The notes under the pieces were generated by a model. The model saw only the letters and a list, made by a program, of their open reading frames with translations, searched no databases and had not been told where the DNA came from. The position numbers were made by a program, and so were the translations under genes. Below, one piece after another: positions 37,664 through 47,695 of a DNA stretch of 64,000 nt. The stretch spans positions 758,504-822,503 of the forward strand of contig NZ_CP069533.1 in the NCBI RefSeq assembly GCF_016889765.1. The letters are read 5' to 3'. The stretch's first letter is position 1. Each line of letters begins with the position of its first letter. This stretch comes from Corynebacterium minutissimum. GTDB taxonomy: Bacteria > Actinomycetota > Actinomycetes > Mycobacteriales > Mycobacteriaceae.

Positions 37664-39586
37664 GTGTCTGACACCGCCGCTACTGCTAGCCCCGCCACTG
37701 CCCCAACTCACCCCGTGGACGTTGTCCCGCCAGCGCCCAAGCTGGCGGCTCTCGGCCTCCAGCACGTTCTCGCGTTCTACGCCGGCGCAGTGATCGTTCC
37801 GCTACTCATCGCTGGTTCCCTGGGCCTCGATGAGGCCACCACAATCCACCTCATCAACGCCGACCTGTTGACCTGTGGTCTGGCAACGTTGATCCAAGCG
37901 GTGGGCGTCGGCAAGCACATTGGCGTCCGTCTCCCCATCATCCAGGGCGTGACCACCACAGCGGTGAGCCCCATCATTGCCATTGGTATGAGCGCAGGTG
38001 ACCAGCCGCTACCCACAATCTATGGCGCGATTATTGCCGCCGGTATCTTTACGTTCTTCGCCGCGCCGGTTTTTGGACGCGTGCTCAAATACTTCCCACC
38101 CATCGTGACCGGCACCGTGCTTCTGGTCATGGGTACCTCACTGCTCGCGGTGTCCGCCAATGACTTCGTGAACTACGCCGACGCCGCCCCCGCCTCGCGC
38201 GACCTTCTCTATGGTTTCGGCACGCTCACCATCATTATCATCGTGCAGCGTTTCTTCCGCGGCTTCCTGGGCACACTCTCTGTACTCCTCGGCCTCGTCA
38301 TCGGCACTGGCGTGGCCTTGGCACTAGGTGATACGTCCTTTGACGGCGTGCGCGAGGCCGACGCCATCGGTATAACCACGCCTTTCTACTTCGGTATGCC
38401 GAAGTTCGACATCATGGCGATTCTTTCCCTCATCATCGTCATGATCATCACCATGGTGGAAACTACCGGCGATGTCTTTGCTACCGGTGAGATTGTCAAG
38501 AAGCGCATCAAGCGCGATGACGTCGTGCGCGCCATTCGCGCCGATGGTCTCTCAACCACCCTTGGTGGCGTGATGAACTCCTTCCCCTACACCTGCTTCG
38601 CGCAGAATGTCGGTCTCGTACGTCTTACTGGTGTGAAGTCCCGCTGGGTAGCCGTGTCCGCCGCCGGCTTCATGATTATTCTGGGCCTGCTGCCCAAGGC
38701 TGCCGCCATCGTCGCCGCCATCCCCTCCCCGGTCCTCGGCGGCGCCTCCTTGGCGCTCTTTGCCAACGTCGCTTGGGCCGGCCTGCAGACCATTGCCAAG
38801 GAAGATATCACCGACGGCCGCAACGCCGCCATTGTCACCACCGCACTGGGACTGGCCATGCTCGTCACCTTCAAGCCGGACGTGGCAGCGGCCTTCCCAG
38901 AATGGGCACAGATCTTCGTCTCCTCCGGTATGTCCATCGGTGCGATTACCGCCATCCTGCTCAACCTGCTGTTCTTCCACGTCGGTACGCAATCCGGTGA
39001 CGATATCAGCCGCATCGACGGCGAAGGGGTGTCTCTCACCGAGCTCAACGCCATGGAGCGCGAGGAATTTGTCAGCGCGCTGCGCCCGCTCTTCAACAAC
39101 GAAACGTGGCCTCTGGAGGCAGCTTGGGAGTCCCGTCCCTTCGACGACGTCAGCCGCCTGCGTGAGGCCATCCAGGTCGCCGTGCTGACCGCCCCGCGTG
39201 AGCAGCGCCGTGCGCTCATCCACGATTACCCGGCCATGGATGAGCTGCTGCTTGCCGACGCTACCGAGGCCGCCACCATCTCCGCCGACCGCGGGTCGCT
39301 TGCCCTCGATGACTTGGATGATGTCCAAACACAGCAGCTTATCGACGTCTCCCGGGCCTACCGCGAGCGATTCGACATGCCCTTCGTGGCTTACCTAGAC
39401 ACCAACGATTCTGCCGACCGCGTCATCGACGGAGGCGTGCGCCGCCTCGCCAACTCCGACGAGCTGGAGCAGCGCGTCATCTTGAGCGAAATCATCGAGA
39501 TTGCCAACGACCGCTTCGACATCCTGCTCGCCGATGCCAACCCGGTGCGCGCTTACTGGGACCGCAAGTTCACCGAGGTGGAGTGA
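37664..39586 (+). CDS. NCS2-family nucleobase (xanthine/uric acid-type) permease fused to a C-terminal OHCU-decarboxylase-like (UraD-like) domain
   Basis: The N-terminal ~460 aa form a polytopic NCS2 permease. The C-terminal ~180 aa (LNAMEREEFVSALRPLFNNETW...RPF...LIHDYPAMD...RFDMPFVAYL) resembles the OHCU decarboxylase family. GTG start at 37664 with an AAGGAG ribosome-binding site. Confidence 0.65.
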   Translation: MSDTAATASPATAPTHPVDVVPPAPKLAALGLQHVLAFYAGAVIVPLLIAGSLGLDEATTIHLINADLLTCGLATLIQAVGVGKHIGVRLPIIQGVTTTAVSPIIAIGMSAGDQPLPTIYGAIIAAGIFTFFAAPVFGRVLKYFPPIVTGTVLLVMGTSLLAVSANDFVNYADAAPASRDLLYGFGTLTIIIIVQRFFRGFLGTLSVLLGLVIGTGVALALGDTSFDGVREADAIGITTPFYFGMPKFDIMAILSLIIVMIITMVETTGDVFATGEIVKKRIKRDDVVRAIRADGLSTTLGGVMNSFPYTCFAQNVGLVRLTGVKSRWVAVSAAGFMIILGLLPKAAAIVAAIPSPVLGGASLALFANVAWAGLQTIAKEDITDGRNAAIVTTALGLAMLVTFKPDVAAAFPEWAQIFVSSGMSIGAITAILLNLLFFHVGTQSGDDISRIDGEGVSLTELNAMEREEFVSALRPLFNNETWPLEAAWESRPFDDVSRLREAIQVAVLTAPREQRRALIHDYPAMDELLLADATEAATISADRGSLALDDLDDVQTQQLIDVSRAYRERFDMPFVAYLDTNDSADRVIDGGVRRLANSDELEQRVILSEIIEIANDRFDILLADANPVRAYWDRKFTEVE

Positions 39587-39602
39587 CCAGAGGTCACTCC
39601 AC
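39578..39602. terminator. Short hairpin over the permease stop codon, containing a 9-bp inverted repeat
   Basis: GGAGTGACC-aga-GGTCACTCC is a 9-bp inverted repeat with a 3-nt loop. The flanking GT...AC positions do not pair, so the stem is 9 bp. Its right arm is the first unit of the downstream tandem repeat. Confidence 0.4.
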
Positions 39603-39697
39603 GTAGATTCGGGTCACTCCACGTTCGATCGGGTCACTCCACGTTCGATCGGGTCATTCCACGTTCGATCTGGTCATTCCACGTAGACTCGGGTCAC
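39591..39697. repeat. 20-bp tandem direct repeat, about 5.4 copies, in the convergent intergenic region
   Basis: Units: aggtcactccacgtagattc, gggtcactccacgttcgatc (twice), gggtcattccacgttcgatc, tggtcattccacgtagactc, then partial gggtcac. The last unit overlaps the 3' end of the DUF4230 gene on the opposite strand. Confidence 0.8.
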
Positions 39698-40299
39698 TGG
39701 AATTCCATGGTGACCTGGGCCTGTGGGTCGACGCCGCGGATGATGCCCTCATAGAAACTGCGAGCTTGGTCCTGCAAGAGGTCGCGGTTATCGTTGATGT
39801 CCTTGCGCTTCTTATCAGCGCTGAGGACATCAGACACCGTGGAGGCAGCATCGAGTGGCTGCGTGGTCCAACTCAGCACGCCGTTGTCCTCCACCGCAGT
39901 CTTGAACTCCTCGTCGGTATGACCGATGAAGATAAATTCCGGGATGCTGACGGTATAGGCGTGCTCACCGGTCTCCGTGACGCGAACATCCTTGCCTTCA
40001 ATTCCCAGCTTCGCCTTGTAGGAGTACTGCACGAACTGTGTGCGATCGGTCCACGGGACCCGCACGCCAAAGACTTCGCCCGCGGAGGACTTCTCTGCCA
40101 GTCCCTGGATTCCGAGACTGAGCAGCACCACCTGTTCTTGGCGCTCCACCGCAGTGACTATCTGCGAATTCGTGGACTCCACTGGTGCGCTATACACATC
40201 GCGCGGCTGACGCACGATATACATACCCAAACCGGCGCAGACGAGAGAAAGAAGCACTACGACGGCAATAAGCGTGGTGCTGAGCTTGCGGTTAGACAT
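39694..40299 (-). CDS. DUF4230-like membrane-anchored protein
   Basis: Start at ATG 40299, directly after the upstream gene's stop. N-terminal transmembrane segment STTLIAVVVLLSLVCAGLGMYIV. Confidence 0.55.
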   Translation of the reverse strand: MSNRKLSTTLIAVVVLLSLVCAGLGMYIVRQPRDVYSAPVESTNSQIVTAVERQEQVVLLSLGIQGLAEKSSAGEVFGVRVPWTDRTQFVQYSYKAKLGIEGKDVRVTETGEHAYTVSIPEFIFIGHTDEEFKTAVEDNGVLSWTTQPLDAASTVSDVLSADKKRKDINDNRDLLQDQARSFYEGIIRGVDPQAQVTMEFQ

Positions 40300-40303
40300 G
40301 AGC

Positions 40304-40660
40304 TTAAAGCTGGAACTGCTCGGTAACCTCAACGCGGCGCTTGTGCTCCATCCAGAAGGACAGGAACGGCACCACACCGGCCAAAGCAGTAGTGATGAGC
40401 TTGCCCACCGGCCACAGCGCACGCGGACCCAGAATCAGAATCGACACGAGGTACACCATGTAAGCCACACCATGCGCCTGGGCGATGAGCGTGGCCCAGG
40501 ACGGCATTTCCATGCCCACGCCGTACTGCAGAATCATGCGCACGACCAGAATGAGCAAGAAGATACCCGTAACCGTGGCCGCAATGGAGAAGAACTTCAG
40601 CGGTCCGCGAATGCGCTCCTTGCGGTCTGGGTGCACGGCATTGTTCGCTGGGTTGGTCAT
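40304..40660 (-). CDS. DUF3817-like small membrane protein
   Basis: 118 aa with about 3 transmembrane segments. Sits next to rdgB as M. tuberculosis Rv1342c does. Confidence 0.55.
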   Translation of the reverse strand: MTNPANNAVHPDRKERIRGPLKFFSIAATVTGIFLLILVVRMILQYGVGMEMPSWATLIAQAHGVAYMVYLVSILILGPRALWPVGKLITTALAGVVPFLSFWMEHKRRVEVTEQFQL

Positions 40661-41055
40661 GAGTTCTCCTCTTCGGTGCCGCGACGGCGGCGCTGCTTAT
40701 TCATGGCATTAAAGGTCTCGACGTCCACCTGCGGGCGCGGCGGCAAAAAGTCTTCGTCGATTTTAGTCACCTGTTGTTCCTTGGCTACATCCTTGGACGT
40801 GGCTTCATACCGGGCCGGCTCCTGCCCCAACTCGAGGGCTTCATTCTCCGCATCAATGCGCTCGTTCTCATAGCGCAGTGCGGTGCGGTAAGCATAGACC
40901 ACGAAGACAGCAAACAGCGGCCACTGGAAGGCATAGCCCAAGTTCTGGAAGGTTCCTGAACCGGACTTGAAGCGGGTCCACTGCCAATAGGCAAGGAACA
41001 AAAAGAGCACGACGAAAAACGCGATGAGGACGATGTGCCACCATCGAACCTTCAT
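40657..41055 (-). CDS. Hypothetical membrane protein (LprD-position homolog)
   Basis: Two transmembrane segments (WWHIVLIAFFVVLFLFLAYW and WPLFAVFVVYAY) then an acidic tail. Start at the internal ATG at 41055. Confidence 0.5.
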   Translation of the reverse strand: MKVRWWHIVLIAFFVVLFLFLAYWQWTRFKSGSGTFQNLGYAFQWPLFAVFVVYAYRTALRYENERIDAENEALELGQEPARYEATSKDVAKEQQVTKIDEDFLPPRPQVDVETFNAMNKQRRRRGTEEENS

Positions 41056-41199
41056 CTTCTTTCTCGGGGCTTGGTTGGTGCTCACGCGTATCAGCCTACC
41101 CACCATGGTTCGAAAAGTGGATTTCCATCGTAGGCCTGCCGCCCTGTAAGCTATTCAGCGTTGCTCCGAACACAGTATGTTTCGCGGCTACGTCTTTCA

Positions 41200-41281
41200 G
41201 CGCCCGTGGCGGAATTGGCAGACGCGCTAGATTTAGGTTCTAGTGTCTTATGACGTGTGAGTTCAAGTCTCACCGGGCGCA
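41200..41281 (+). tRNA. tRNA-Leu (anticodon TAG)
   Basis: Acceptor GCGCCCG/CGGGCGC. Anticodon stem CTAGA/TCTAG with loop TTTAGGT. Long variable arm. T-arm GTGAGTTCAAGTCTCAC. Discriminator A. Confidence 0.85.
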
Positions 41282-41293
41282 CACCGTCAAGGT

Positions 41294-41338
41294 CTGCGTT
41301 GAAGCTTCTTACTTCAACGCAGGCCTTGTTTTTTCTTG
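41294..41338 (+). terminator. Rho-independent terminator after tRNA-Leu
   Basis: CTGCGTTGAAG-cttcttac-TTCAACGCAG followed by GCCTTGTTTTTTCTTG. Confidence 0.65.
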
Positions 41339-41434
41339 AAGGCTATAGTGCCCGTGCCTGGTTCTAGTTTGGTCCCCCACCTCGCTAGCCCAGCTGGTGG
41401 ATGCCGGGGCTAGCGGTAAAGGTGGGGCGGCTGC

Positions 41435-42046
41435 TTAGACCTGGCGGGCGAGGGCTGCTAGGGGCTCGCGCAGTTGGGCTAGGGCGCGGCCACGGTGTGA
41501 GACCGCGTTTTTCTCCTCAGGCGTCATCTCCGCAGCAGAGCGCTGCTCGCCCTCGGGCTGAAAGAGGGGGTCGTAACCAAAACCATTCTCGCCCTGCGGT
41601 GCTCCAAGCAGCGAACCGGGCCAGCGGCCCTCCACCACGTGTTCCTCGCCATCAGGAGTGACCAGTGCACAGACGGAGACGAAGGCCGCCGCGCGGCGCT
41701 CAGCAGGAACGTGCGCCATCTGCCCCAGCAAGAGGCGGTTATTCGCCTCATCATCGCCGTGACCACCGGACCAGCGGGCAGAAAGCACTCCCGGCATGCC
41801 GTTGAGTTCCTCGACGGCGAGGCCGGAGTCATCCGCAATCGTGGCAAGCCCAGTGTGCTGTACCCCGGCGCGGGCCTTGATCAGAGCGTTGTCAGCAAAG
41901 GTGCGGCCATCCTCGACGGGCTCCGGATAGGGCTCCACGGCCGACAATGGGAGAAGCTCGATACCTTCAATTCCGGCATCGGCCAGGATCTTCTCCAACT
42001 CTTTTAGCTTCTTCGCGTTATTGGAAGCAACGAGAAGCTTTACCAT
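41435..42046 (-). CDS. rdgB: Non-canonical purine NTP pyrophosphatase (dITP/XTP pyrophosphatase, Ham1 family)
   Basis: [18 protein letters not shown] and [11 protein letters not shown] ... [11 protein letters not shown] are Ham1 motifs. Confidence 0.85.
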   Translation of the reverse strand: MVKLLVASNNAKKLKELEKILADAGIEGIELLPLSAVEPYPEPVEDGRTFADNALIKARAGVQHTGLATIADDSGLAVEELNGMPGVLSARWSGGHGDDEANNRLLLGQMAHVPAERRAAAFVSVCALVTPDGEEHVVEGRWPGSLLGAPQGENGFGYDPLFQPEGEQRSAAEMTPEEKNAVSHRGRALAQLREPLAALARQV

Positions 42047-42768
42047 CCCAGTGCCGCCTTCTGTGCCTCAATGAGCTGAGCACAACCAGCCTGGGCCACA
42101 TCGAGCATGTCGTTAAGCTCCTGACGGCCGAACAGTCCGTGCTCGCCGGTGCCCTGAATCTCGACGAAGTCGCCGCCCTCCTGCATCACGACGTTGAGAT
42201 CGACCTCTGCGCGAGAATCCTCCTCATAAGGCAGGTCCAAGCACACGTGGCCGTCGATGATGCCGACGGAGACCGCCGCGATGGGGTCGAGCAGTGGCTC
42301 GCCCGGCACAACGCCTTCCTCCTTGAGGTAGGCAATCGCATCAGCCAAAGCCACATACGCACCGGTAATGGACGCGGTACGAGTACCGCCGTCTGCCTGC
42401 AGCACATCGCAGTCCAACTGGATGGTGTTCTCCCCCAGCTCAGACAGGTCCACCGCCGCACGCAAAGAGCGGCCCACAAGGCGAGAGATCTCGTGGGTGC
42501 GACCCTTGACCTTGCCCTTCATGGACTCACGCGGCATGCGCTCATGCGTCGCAGACGGAAGCATGGAGTACTCAGCAGTGAGCCAGCCTTCGCCGGAATC
42601 CTTCTTAAAGCGCGGGACACCAAACTCCACGGAGGCGGTGCACATGACGCGGGTATTGCCGAACTCCACGAGCACCGATCCAGCCGGGTTGGTGGTGAAG
42701 TTGCGGGTAATGCGGACGCTACGGAGCTGGTCGAGCGCGCGACCATCAGCACGAGTGAAATCAGTCAT
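42040..42768 (-). CDS. rph: Ribonuclease PH
   Basis: [19 protein letters not shown] and [23 protein letters not shown] are RNase PH signatures. Confidence 0.9.
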   Translation of the reverse strand: MTDFTRADGRALDQLRSVRITRNFTTNPAGSVLVEFGNTRVMCTASVEFGVPRFKKDSGEGWLTAEYSMLPSATHERMPRESMKGKVKGRTHEISRLVGRSLRAAVDLSELGENTIQLDCDVLQADGGTRTASITGAYVALADAIAYLKEEGVVPGEPLLDPIAAVSVGIIDGHVCLDLPYEEDSRAEVDLNVVMQEGGDFVEIQGTGEHGLFGRQELNDMLDVAQAGCAQLIEAQKAALGW

Positions 42769-42791
42769 GCCCCCTACCCTACCGCGCGGGT

Positions 42792-43628
42792 TTAGAGCTC
42801 GAATTCCATCCCCGAGGCGCCCAGAACGATCTCGCCATCAAACTCGCGCGTGGCAGCTGCATACGTCGCTGCGGCGTCACCCCACGGCTGCAGGTGAATG
42901 AGCACGAGCTTCTTCACCCCAGCTTCGCGGGCCAAGCGGCCGGCTTCGGCACCGGACATGTGCATGTTAGGAGCTTTACCCTCCGAGGTTTCGCCCCAAG
43001 CGGCCTCGCACAAGAAGATATCGGCGCCTGATGCAGCCTCGATAAGCGCCGGCGTGTACGCCGAGTCCGCGGAGTAGCACAGCGTGGCACCGCTCTTAGC
43101 GTGTTCCATGCGTAGCGCATAGGTTTCTACTGGATGCACGGTGCGGAAAGGAGTGATGTAGACATCGTCGACCAACTGGCGTTCGCGGTCGACCCACGGG
43201 CTAAACGCGAATGTATCACTCATATCATCCACGCCGTTGGGCTCATCCGAGGACAAACGGCCCAAATGGGACTCAGTGGATGACGGCCCAAGGCAGAAGT
43301 TGCGGGAGGCAGCCGGCGCAGTGGGGTGGAAACGGCGCCACACCATCAGTGACGGGAAGTCCAAGCAGTGGTCCGCATGCAGGTGGGTCAACGCCACGTG
43401 GGCATCGCACGGATCTTGGTGTTCTTGCAAGCGGGCGAGGGTCCCGGGGCCCAGGTCCATAACAATGGACGGGGCAGAGTCGAAAGACACGAGGTAGCCA
43501 GAGGCCGGGTTACCAATAGTGGGCACCGAGCCTGAACAGCCGAGGATGGTCAACTTCATGCGTTCAATAGTTCCACGAAACAATGAGGATTGCTGGATTT
43601 GAATCGATTGTACCTGTTCATCCGCCAT
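42792..43628 (-). CDS. MBL-fold metallo-hydrolase (Rv1339-like, putative cyclic-nucleotide phosphodiesterase)
   Basis: HLHADH zinc-binding motif. Sits between murI and rph exactly as M. tuberculosis Rv1339 does. TAATG overlap with the murI stop suggests translational coupling. Confidence 0.7.
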   Translation of the reverse strand: MADEQVQSIQIQQSSLFRGTIERMKLTILGCSGSVPTIGNPASGYLVSFDSAPSIVMDLGPGTLARLQEHQDPCDAHVALTHLHADHCLDFPSLMVWRRFHPTAPAASRNFCLGPSSTESHLGRLSSDEPNGVDDMSDTFAFSPWVDRERQLVDDVYITPFRTVHPVETYALRMEHAKSGATLCYSADSAYTPALIEAASGADIFLCEAAWGETSEGKAPNMHMSGAEAGRLAREAGVKKLVLIHLQPWGDAAATYAAATREFDGEIVLGASGMEFEL

Positions 43629-44404
43629 TAAATCTGGGGCCCGAGAAAGCGGGCCGCCAGTCGTGAGAAGGACTCATGGTCACCAGTGCACTCAAAACTG
43701 CGAGTGGGGGTATGCCCTTCCGGCGCGAGCATGTCGGTGGTGGTGAGGATGCGCATGACATCCTTCGCGGTCTCTTCAGCCGAGGACACCAGTGCGACAT
43801 TGTCACCAATAGCAAGCTGAATGACACCGGTGAGCAGCGGGTAGTGCGTGCAGCCCAGCACGAGGGTATCCACGCCCGCCGACTGCAACGGAGCGAGGTA
43901 TCCTTCCGCCACACCGAGGATCTGGCGGCCGGCGGTAATACCGCGCTCCACAAAGCTCACGAAATCCGGGCAGGCCACAGCGAAGGATTCGACGTTCGGG
44001 TTCACCGCGAAAAGATCCTGGTAAGCACCAGAGGTGATGGTACCTTCGGTGCCGATAACGCCAATCTTGCCGTTGCGCGTCGTGGCGATAGCGCGGCGCA
44101 CTGCCGGACGGATAACTTCGACGACGGGGATGCTGTAGCGCTCACGGGCGTCGTGAAGAAAGGCCGCCGTAGCGGTATTGCAGGCGATGACAAGCATCTT
44201 GCAGCCGCGCTCCACCAGCTCGTCTGCAATCGCCGTGGACAACTCACGTACTTGGGCGATTGAGCGTGGGCCATACGGCGCGTGGGCGGTATCGCCGATA
44301 TAGATGATGGACTCATCCGGCAGCTGCTCCATGATGGTGCGCGCAACGGTCAACCCGCCCACACCGGAATCAAAAATGCCGATGGGAGAAGAGGCGTCAG
44401 GCAT
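43628..44404 (-). CDS. murI: Glutamate racemase
   Basis: [21 protein letters not shown] and GCTHYPLL are MurI motifs. Confidence 0.9.
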   Translation of the reverse strand: MPDASSPIGIFDSGVGGLTVARTIMEQLPDESIIYIGDTAHAPYGPRSIAQVRELSTAIADELVERGCKMLVIACNTATAAFLHDARERYSIPVVEVIRPAVRRAIATTRNGKIGVIGTEGTITSGAYQDLFAVNPNVESFAVACPDFVSFVERGITAGRQILGVAEGYLAPLQSAGVDTLVLGCTHYPLLTGVIQLAIGDNVALVSSAEETAKDVMRILTTTDMLAPEGHTPTRSFECTGDHESFSRLAARFLGPQI

Positions 44405-45126
44405 CAGCGCATCCCTGCCTGCGGTTGCGGTTTTACCTTCTTAATCGGGTCATCGGAGGTAATCACCATGCCCGCCACAATGCCGCCAATAGCGCCAAAG
44501 AGATGACCCTGCCAGCTCACGCCTTCATAGATCGGCAGCACGCCCCAGATGAGACCGGAGTAGGCAAAGCCCAAGCCAACGCCCACAAGGAACTGACTAA
44601 GCGAGCGGTTAAAAATGCCGCGCACGATGAGGTAGGCCAACCAGCCGTAGACCATGCCCGAGGCACCAATGTGGGAGGTACCCGGCCCGCCGAGGAGCCA
44701 TGTGCCCACGCCGGCGATGAGCACGACGATAATGGTGACTTCCCACCACGCCTTGCGGCCAGACAGTCCAATGAGGAAGCAGAAAATAGCTCCTGGCAGG
44801 GAGTTTCCGATGAGGTGCTCAAAGTTGGCGTGCAGCAGCGGCGCAGTGAAAATTCCCCAAATGCCGTTGAAGTCCAGCGGGTGAATGCCATACTGCCCCA
44901 GGTCATTGCCAAAGAAGAGGAAGTTAATGATGTGGATAATCCACTCGATGGCCAAGAAGCCTACGGTGAGCTTCAAGGCCGTTGTGAGGCGCCCCTTACG
45001 CGTGTAGTTCTTCGAATCGCCCGCATTAACGGTGCGCTTCTGACCTACCCCGGCACTATCCGGAGCGGGCTGGAAGGGGTTAGGCTGATAGGAATTCTGC
45101 TGGCCAAACGGTCCACTGCTCGTCAT
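44404..45126 (-). CDS. Rhomboid-family intramembrane serine protease
   Basis: [14 protein letters not shown] is the GxSG motif with catalytic Ser. HLFGAIGG has the catalytic His. About 6 transmembrane segments. Confidence 0.8.
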   Translation of the reverse strand: MTSSGPFGQQNSYQPNPFQPAPDSAGVGQKRTVNAGDSKNYTRKGRLTTALKLTVGFLAIEWIIHIINFLFFGNDLGQYGIHPLDFNGIWGIFTAPLLHANFEHLIGNSLPGAIFCFLIGLSGRKAWWEVTIIVVLIAGVGTWLLGGPGTSHIGASGMVYGWLAYLIVRGIFNRSLSQFLVGVGLGFAYSGLIWGVLPIYEGVSWQGHLFGAIGGIVAGMVITSDDPIKKVKPQPQAGMR

Positions 45127-45138
45127 AATGCCCCAACT

Positions 45139-46110
45139 TTAGCAAGAGAGCAACGAGGAGTACGCCTCCAAGCCCAAGCCTGGGGCGGCATTGACCACGG
45201 CATCTACGATGGCAGCCTCCACGGCATCGGCCGCCGCGGCACTGAGGGAGGCGAGAACCTCAGCATCGACTCCGGGCGCGGTTCCCGCCGTGCTTGCCGA
45301 CGTCTCCCCCACCTTGCCCGTCGCCGCGGCAAAGAGCGTGTCGCCGTCCAGCGGCGAGTGGGCCGGGCGCACCGCACGGGCAATGCCATCATGTCCAGCC
45401 AAGGCGAGGCGCTTGGCCTGCGCCTTGGTGAGAGGAGCATCCGTGAGTACAGCACCAATGGTGGTGTTGAGGTGCGCCTCCGCGAGGCTCTTCGCGGCGG
45501 CGAAGCGACCCACGTCGACGGCTGGTTTGTCAGGTGCGCCAAAGAGACGGCCGGTCTCTCCATCGATCACTTGGCCCACGGGGTTGGCAACGACGACGGC
45601 GGCGAGGGTGTAGAGGGAGGCGTCGACAAGCGCACTGCCCTCCCCTCCCCGAATCTTTCCTGCACAGGCGCCCACGCCGGCGCCGACGCTACCGGTGGTG
45701 TCATCGTGTCCCGCCAATGCGGAACGCAGTGCCTGCGCGCCATCCTCTGCGGAGGGACGCTGGGGACCGGCAAGCAGGTCAAAGATGACGGCTCCGGGCA
45801 CGATGGGAACGCGCGGGCCCGGTTTATCTTCGCCGAAGACCGGAAACCCGATGCCGGCTTCCTCAAGTCCTCGCATAACGCCATCGGCCGCGGCCAAACC
45901 AAAAGCCGAGCCGCCCGCGAGGACAATCGCGTGGACGCGCTCGACGGTGTTGTGTGGCTCTAGCAGATCAGTTTCGCGCGTACCGGGACCGCCGCCGCGT
46001 ACATCAACGCTGGCGACGGCTCCGCGCTCACCGCAATAGATAACGGTGACACCAGTATCCTCACGCGTGGCGTGACCGACGGAAAAGCCAAGCTCAGGAA
46101 CAGTTCGCAT
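45139..46110 (-). CDS. P1/DmpA-family (S58) peptidase
   Basis: Fold resembles DmpA/L-aminopeptidase-D-Ala-esterase (GPGTRETDLL..., AIVLAGGSAFGL). Sits at the position of the Rv1333 homolog. Confidence 0.7.
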   Translation of the reverse strand: MRTVPELGFSVGHATREDTGVTVIYCGERGAVASVDVRGGGPGTRETDLLEPHNTVERVHAIVLAGGSAFGLAAADGVMRGLEEAGIGFPVFGEDKPGPRVPIVPGAVIFDLLAGPQRPSAEDGAQALRSALAGHDDTTGSVGAGVGACAGKIRGGEGSALVDASLYTLAAVVVANPVGQVIDGETGRLFGAPDKPAVDVGRFAAAKSLAEAHLNTTIGAVLTDAPLTKAQAKRLALAGHDGIARAVRPAHSPLDGDTLFAAATGKVGETSASTAGTAPGVDAEVLASLSAAAADAVEAAIVDAVVNAAPGLGLEAYSSLLSC

Positions 46111-46114
46111 GGTC

Positions 46115-46651
46115 TTAGTCCATGATGACGTTGAGCAGGGAGTCCTGACAGAAGGCTAACCACTCCACGAGGGTGTCGCGGTCCGCTCCCTGGGAGCTGT
46201 GCTCGACATCGCCTGCTGCCACGAACAAACGCAGATCATTGAGCCCCGCGAGGAAGGCATGGGCTTCCTCCTCGCTGATGGTGACCTCAACCCCGCCGGT
46301 TGGGCCAAGCGCGGTGTTGATGACTTGGAGATTCTCCAGCTTGGCGCGGGCAATATCGTTTTCGTGCAAGGAGCGCAGCAGTGCATTATCGCCATCGAAC
46401 TCTTCATCGCCGGGCTTCTGAAAATCCGGGAAGAGGCGGGCAAGCGATGGGTCCTCCGGCGCCTCCGTGTGACCGGTAGGAATATCCACCATGTCCGCCA
46501 ATTCATCCTTCGGTGCCGATTGGGCGCGGGCAATGATGGCTTCCGAGACCGTCGCGGTGAGGTCCCCGATCACCTCGCGCTCCATGGGCTCAAAAACAGC
46601 GGTGTACTTAGCACCGCGCATGAAGGACTTTTTCTTCTTCCAGGCCTGCAT
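46115..46651 (-). CDS. DUF2017-like protein (conserved clpS-neighbour)
   Basis: Acidic 178-aa protein immediately downstream of clpS, as in mycobacteria (Rv1332-like). Confidence 0.55.
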   Translation of the reverse strand: MQAWKKKKSFMRGAKYTAVFEPMEREVIGDLTATVSEAIIARAQSAPKDELADMVDIPTGHTEAPEDPSLARLFPDFQKPGDEEFDGDNALLRSLHENDIARAKLENLQVINTALGPTGGVEVTISEEEAHAFLAGLNDLRLFVAAGDVEHSSQGADRDTLVEWLAFCQDSLLNVIMD

Positions 46652-46663
46652 ACTGTCCTCTCC

Positions 46664-47017
46664 TTAGCCTGCCTGCTGCATCGTGGCCCACAGACCCGCA
46701 ACCTGCAGCTTCTTCACATCGGCCTCGACCTTGTCACGCTCACCGCTGGAGACGGCGGCCTTACCTTCGGTGTGAACCTGCATCATGAGCTCGTTGGCTC
46801 GCTTCTTGTCATAGCCTAGGACCGTCTGGAAGACATAGGAGACGTAGCTCATGAGGTTGACGGGGTCATCCCAAACGATGCACATCCACGGCAGGTTTTC
46901 GCTCGTGGCGACGTCGACCTCAATGGCCTCATCCAATTCCGGGGTGGCCATGGGCGAACTCATCACCACGCCCGCGGACGTTTCTCGGTGCGCATTCATG
47001 CCCTCTACACTAGCCAA
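46664..47017 (-). CDS. clpS: ATP-dependent Clp protease adaptor ClpS
   Basis: [44 protein letters not shown] is the ClpS core. Confidence 0.8.
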   Translation of the reverse strand: MASVEGMNAHRETSAGVVMSSPMATPELDEAIEVDVATSENLPWMCIVWDDPVNLMSYVSYVFQTVLGYDKKRANELMMQVHTEGKAAVSSGERDKVEADVKKLQVAGLWATMQQAG

Positions 47018-47060
47018 AACTGTGGCGCTGTGAGCGGCTATACTGACGGGGACTCAATGT

Positions 47061-47675
47061 GTGATTATCGTTTCCAGGTGGCTGCCGTCGATGAATTCCT
47101 TTACTCTCCCCACCGCCCTGGCGGACATTCTTGCTGGCCGTGCTCCATCCCGCGAGGATCTTGCTCGCCTTCTCCAAGGCATCCTCACTACCCTCGTGCT
47201 GGGAGGCACACTCGTAGCCGCCGTGATCAGCCTGACGTCACCTTCACGGGGCGGAAGCTCGGATGACAGGCCAGCCCCCGAACCCGCGCCGGCCTCCTGC
47301 GACTATGAGCTGCCCGCACCCCACATCCAGCGCACATTGGAGACTATCCAAAACGAACTTATCGAGGCCCTCAATACCTGGCGCGCGGAAGACAACCAAG
47401 GCCCACTCGTGCCGTTGATTGACCGCCAGACCGCGGCCCGCGAAAAGGCCGAGTGCAACGCGGTGACGAAGACCGAAAAGCCAGCGGACGAGAATATTCA
47501 GATGGTGCAGCATCACCTGCCTCTGGACCAGGCCAGCGCCTATGAATTCGTGGAGGCCTTCCGCCAGTCGCCATCTCACGTCGCAGCTCTCCGGGACCGC
47601 CGCATGTCCACCGCCGCCGTCGGCGCGGCCTATAACGATGGTCAGGTTTACGTAGTCATCCAGCTGGAAGAATAG
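47061..47675 (+). CDS. Hypothetical protein, possibly membrane-anchored
   Basis: ORF with one hydrophobic segment (ILTTLVLGGTLVAAVISL) and no recognisable motif. Start uncertain. Confidence 0.4.
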   Translation: MIIVSRWLPSMNSFTLPTALADILAGRAPSREDLARLLQGILTTLVLGGTLVAAVISLTSPSRGGSSDDRPAPEPAPASCDYELPAPHIQRTLETIQNELIEALNTWRAEDNQGPLVPLIDRQTAAREKAECNAVTKTEKPADENIQMVQHHLPLDQASAYEFVEAFRQSPSHVAALRDRRMSTAAVGAAYNDGQVYVVIQLEE

Positions 47676-47695
47676 ATTGGCTGAATTTTTGCTGC

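Noticed and set aside
39591-39697. Possible CRISPR array
   Set aside because: The 20-bp units are directly tandem with no spacers, and there are no cas genes nearby. It is a minisatellite.
44425-45963. 512-aa plus-strand ORF
   Set aside because: Antisense to the rhomboid and DmpA genes. Composition is Arg/Gly-rich with no domain signatures.
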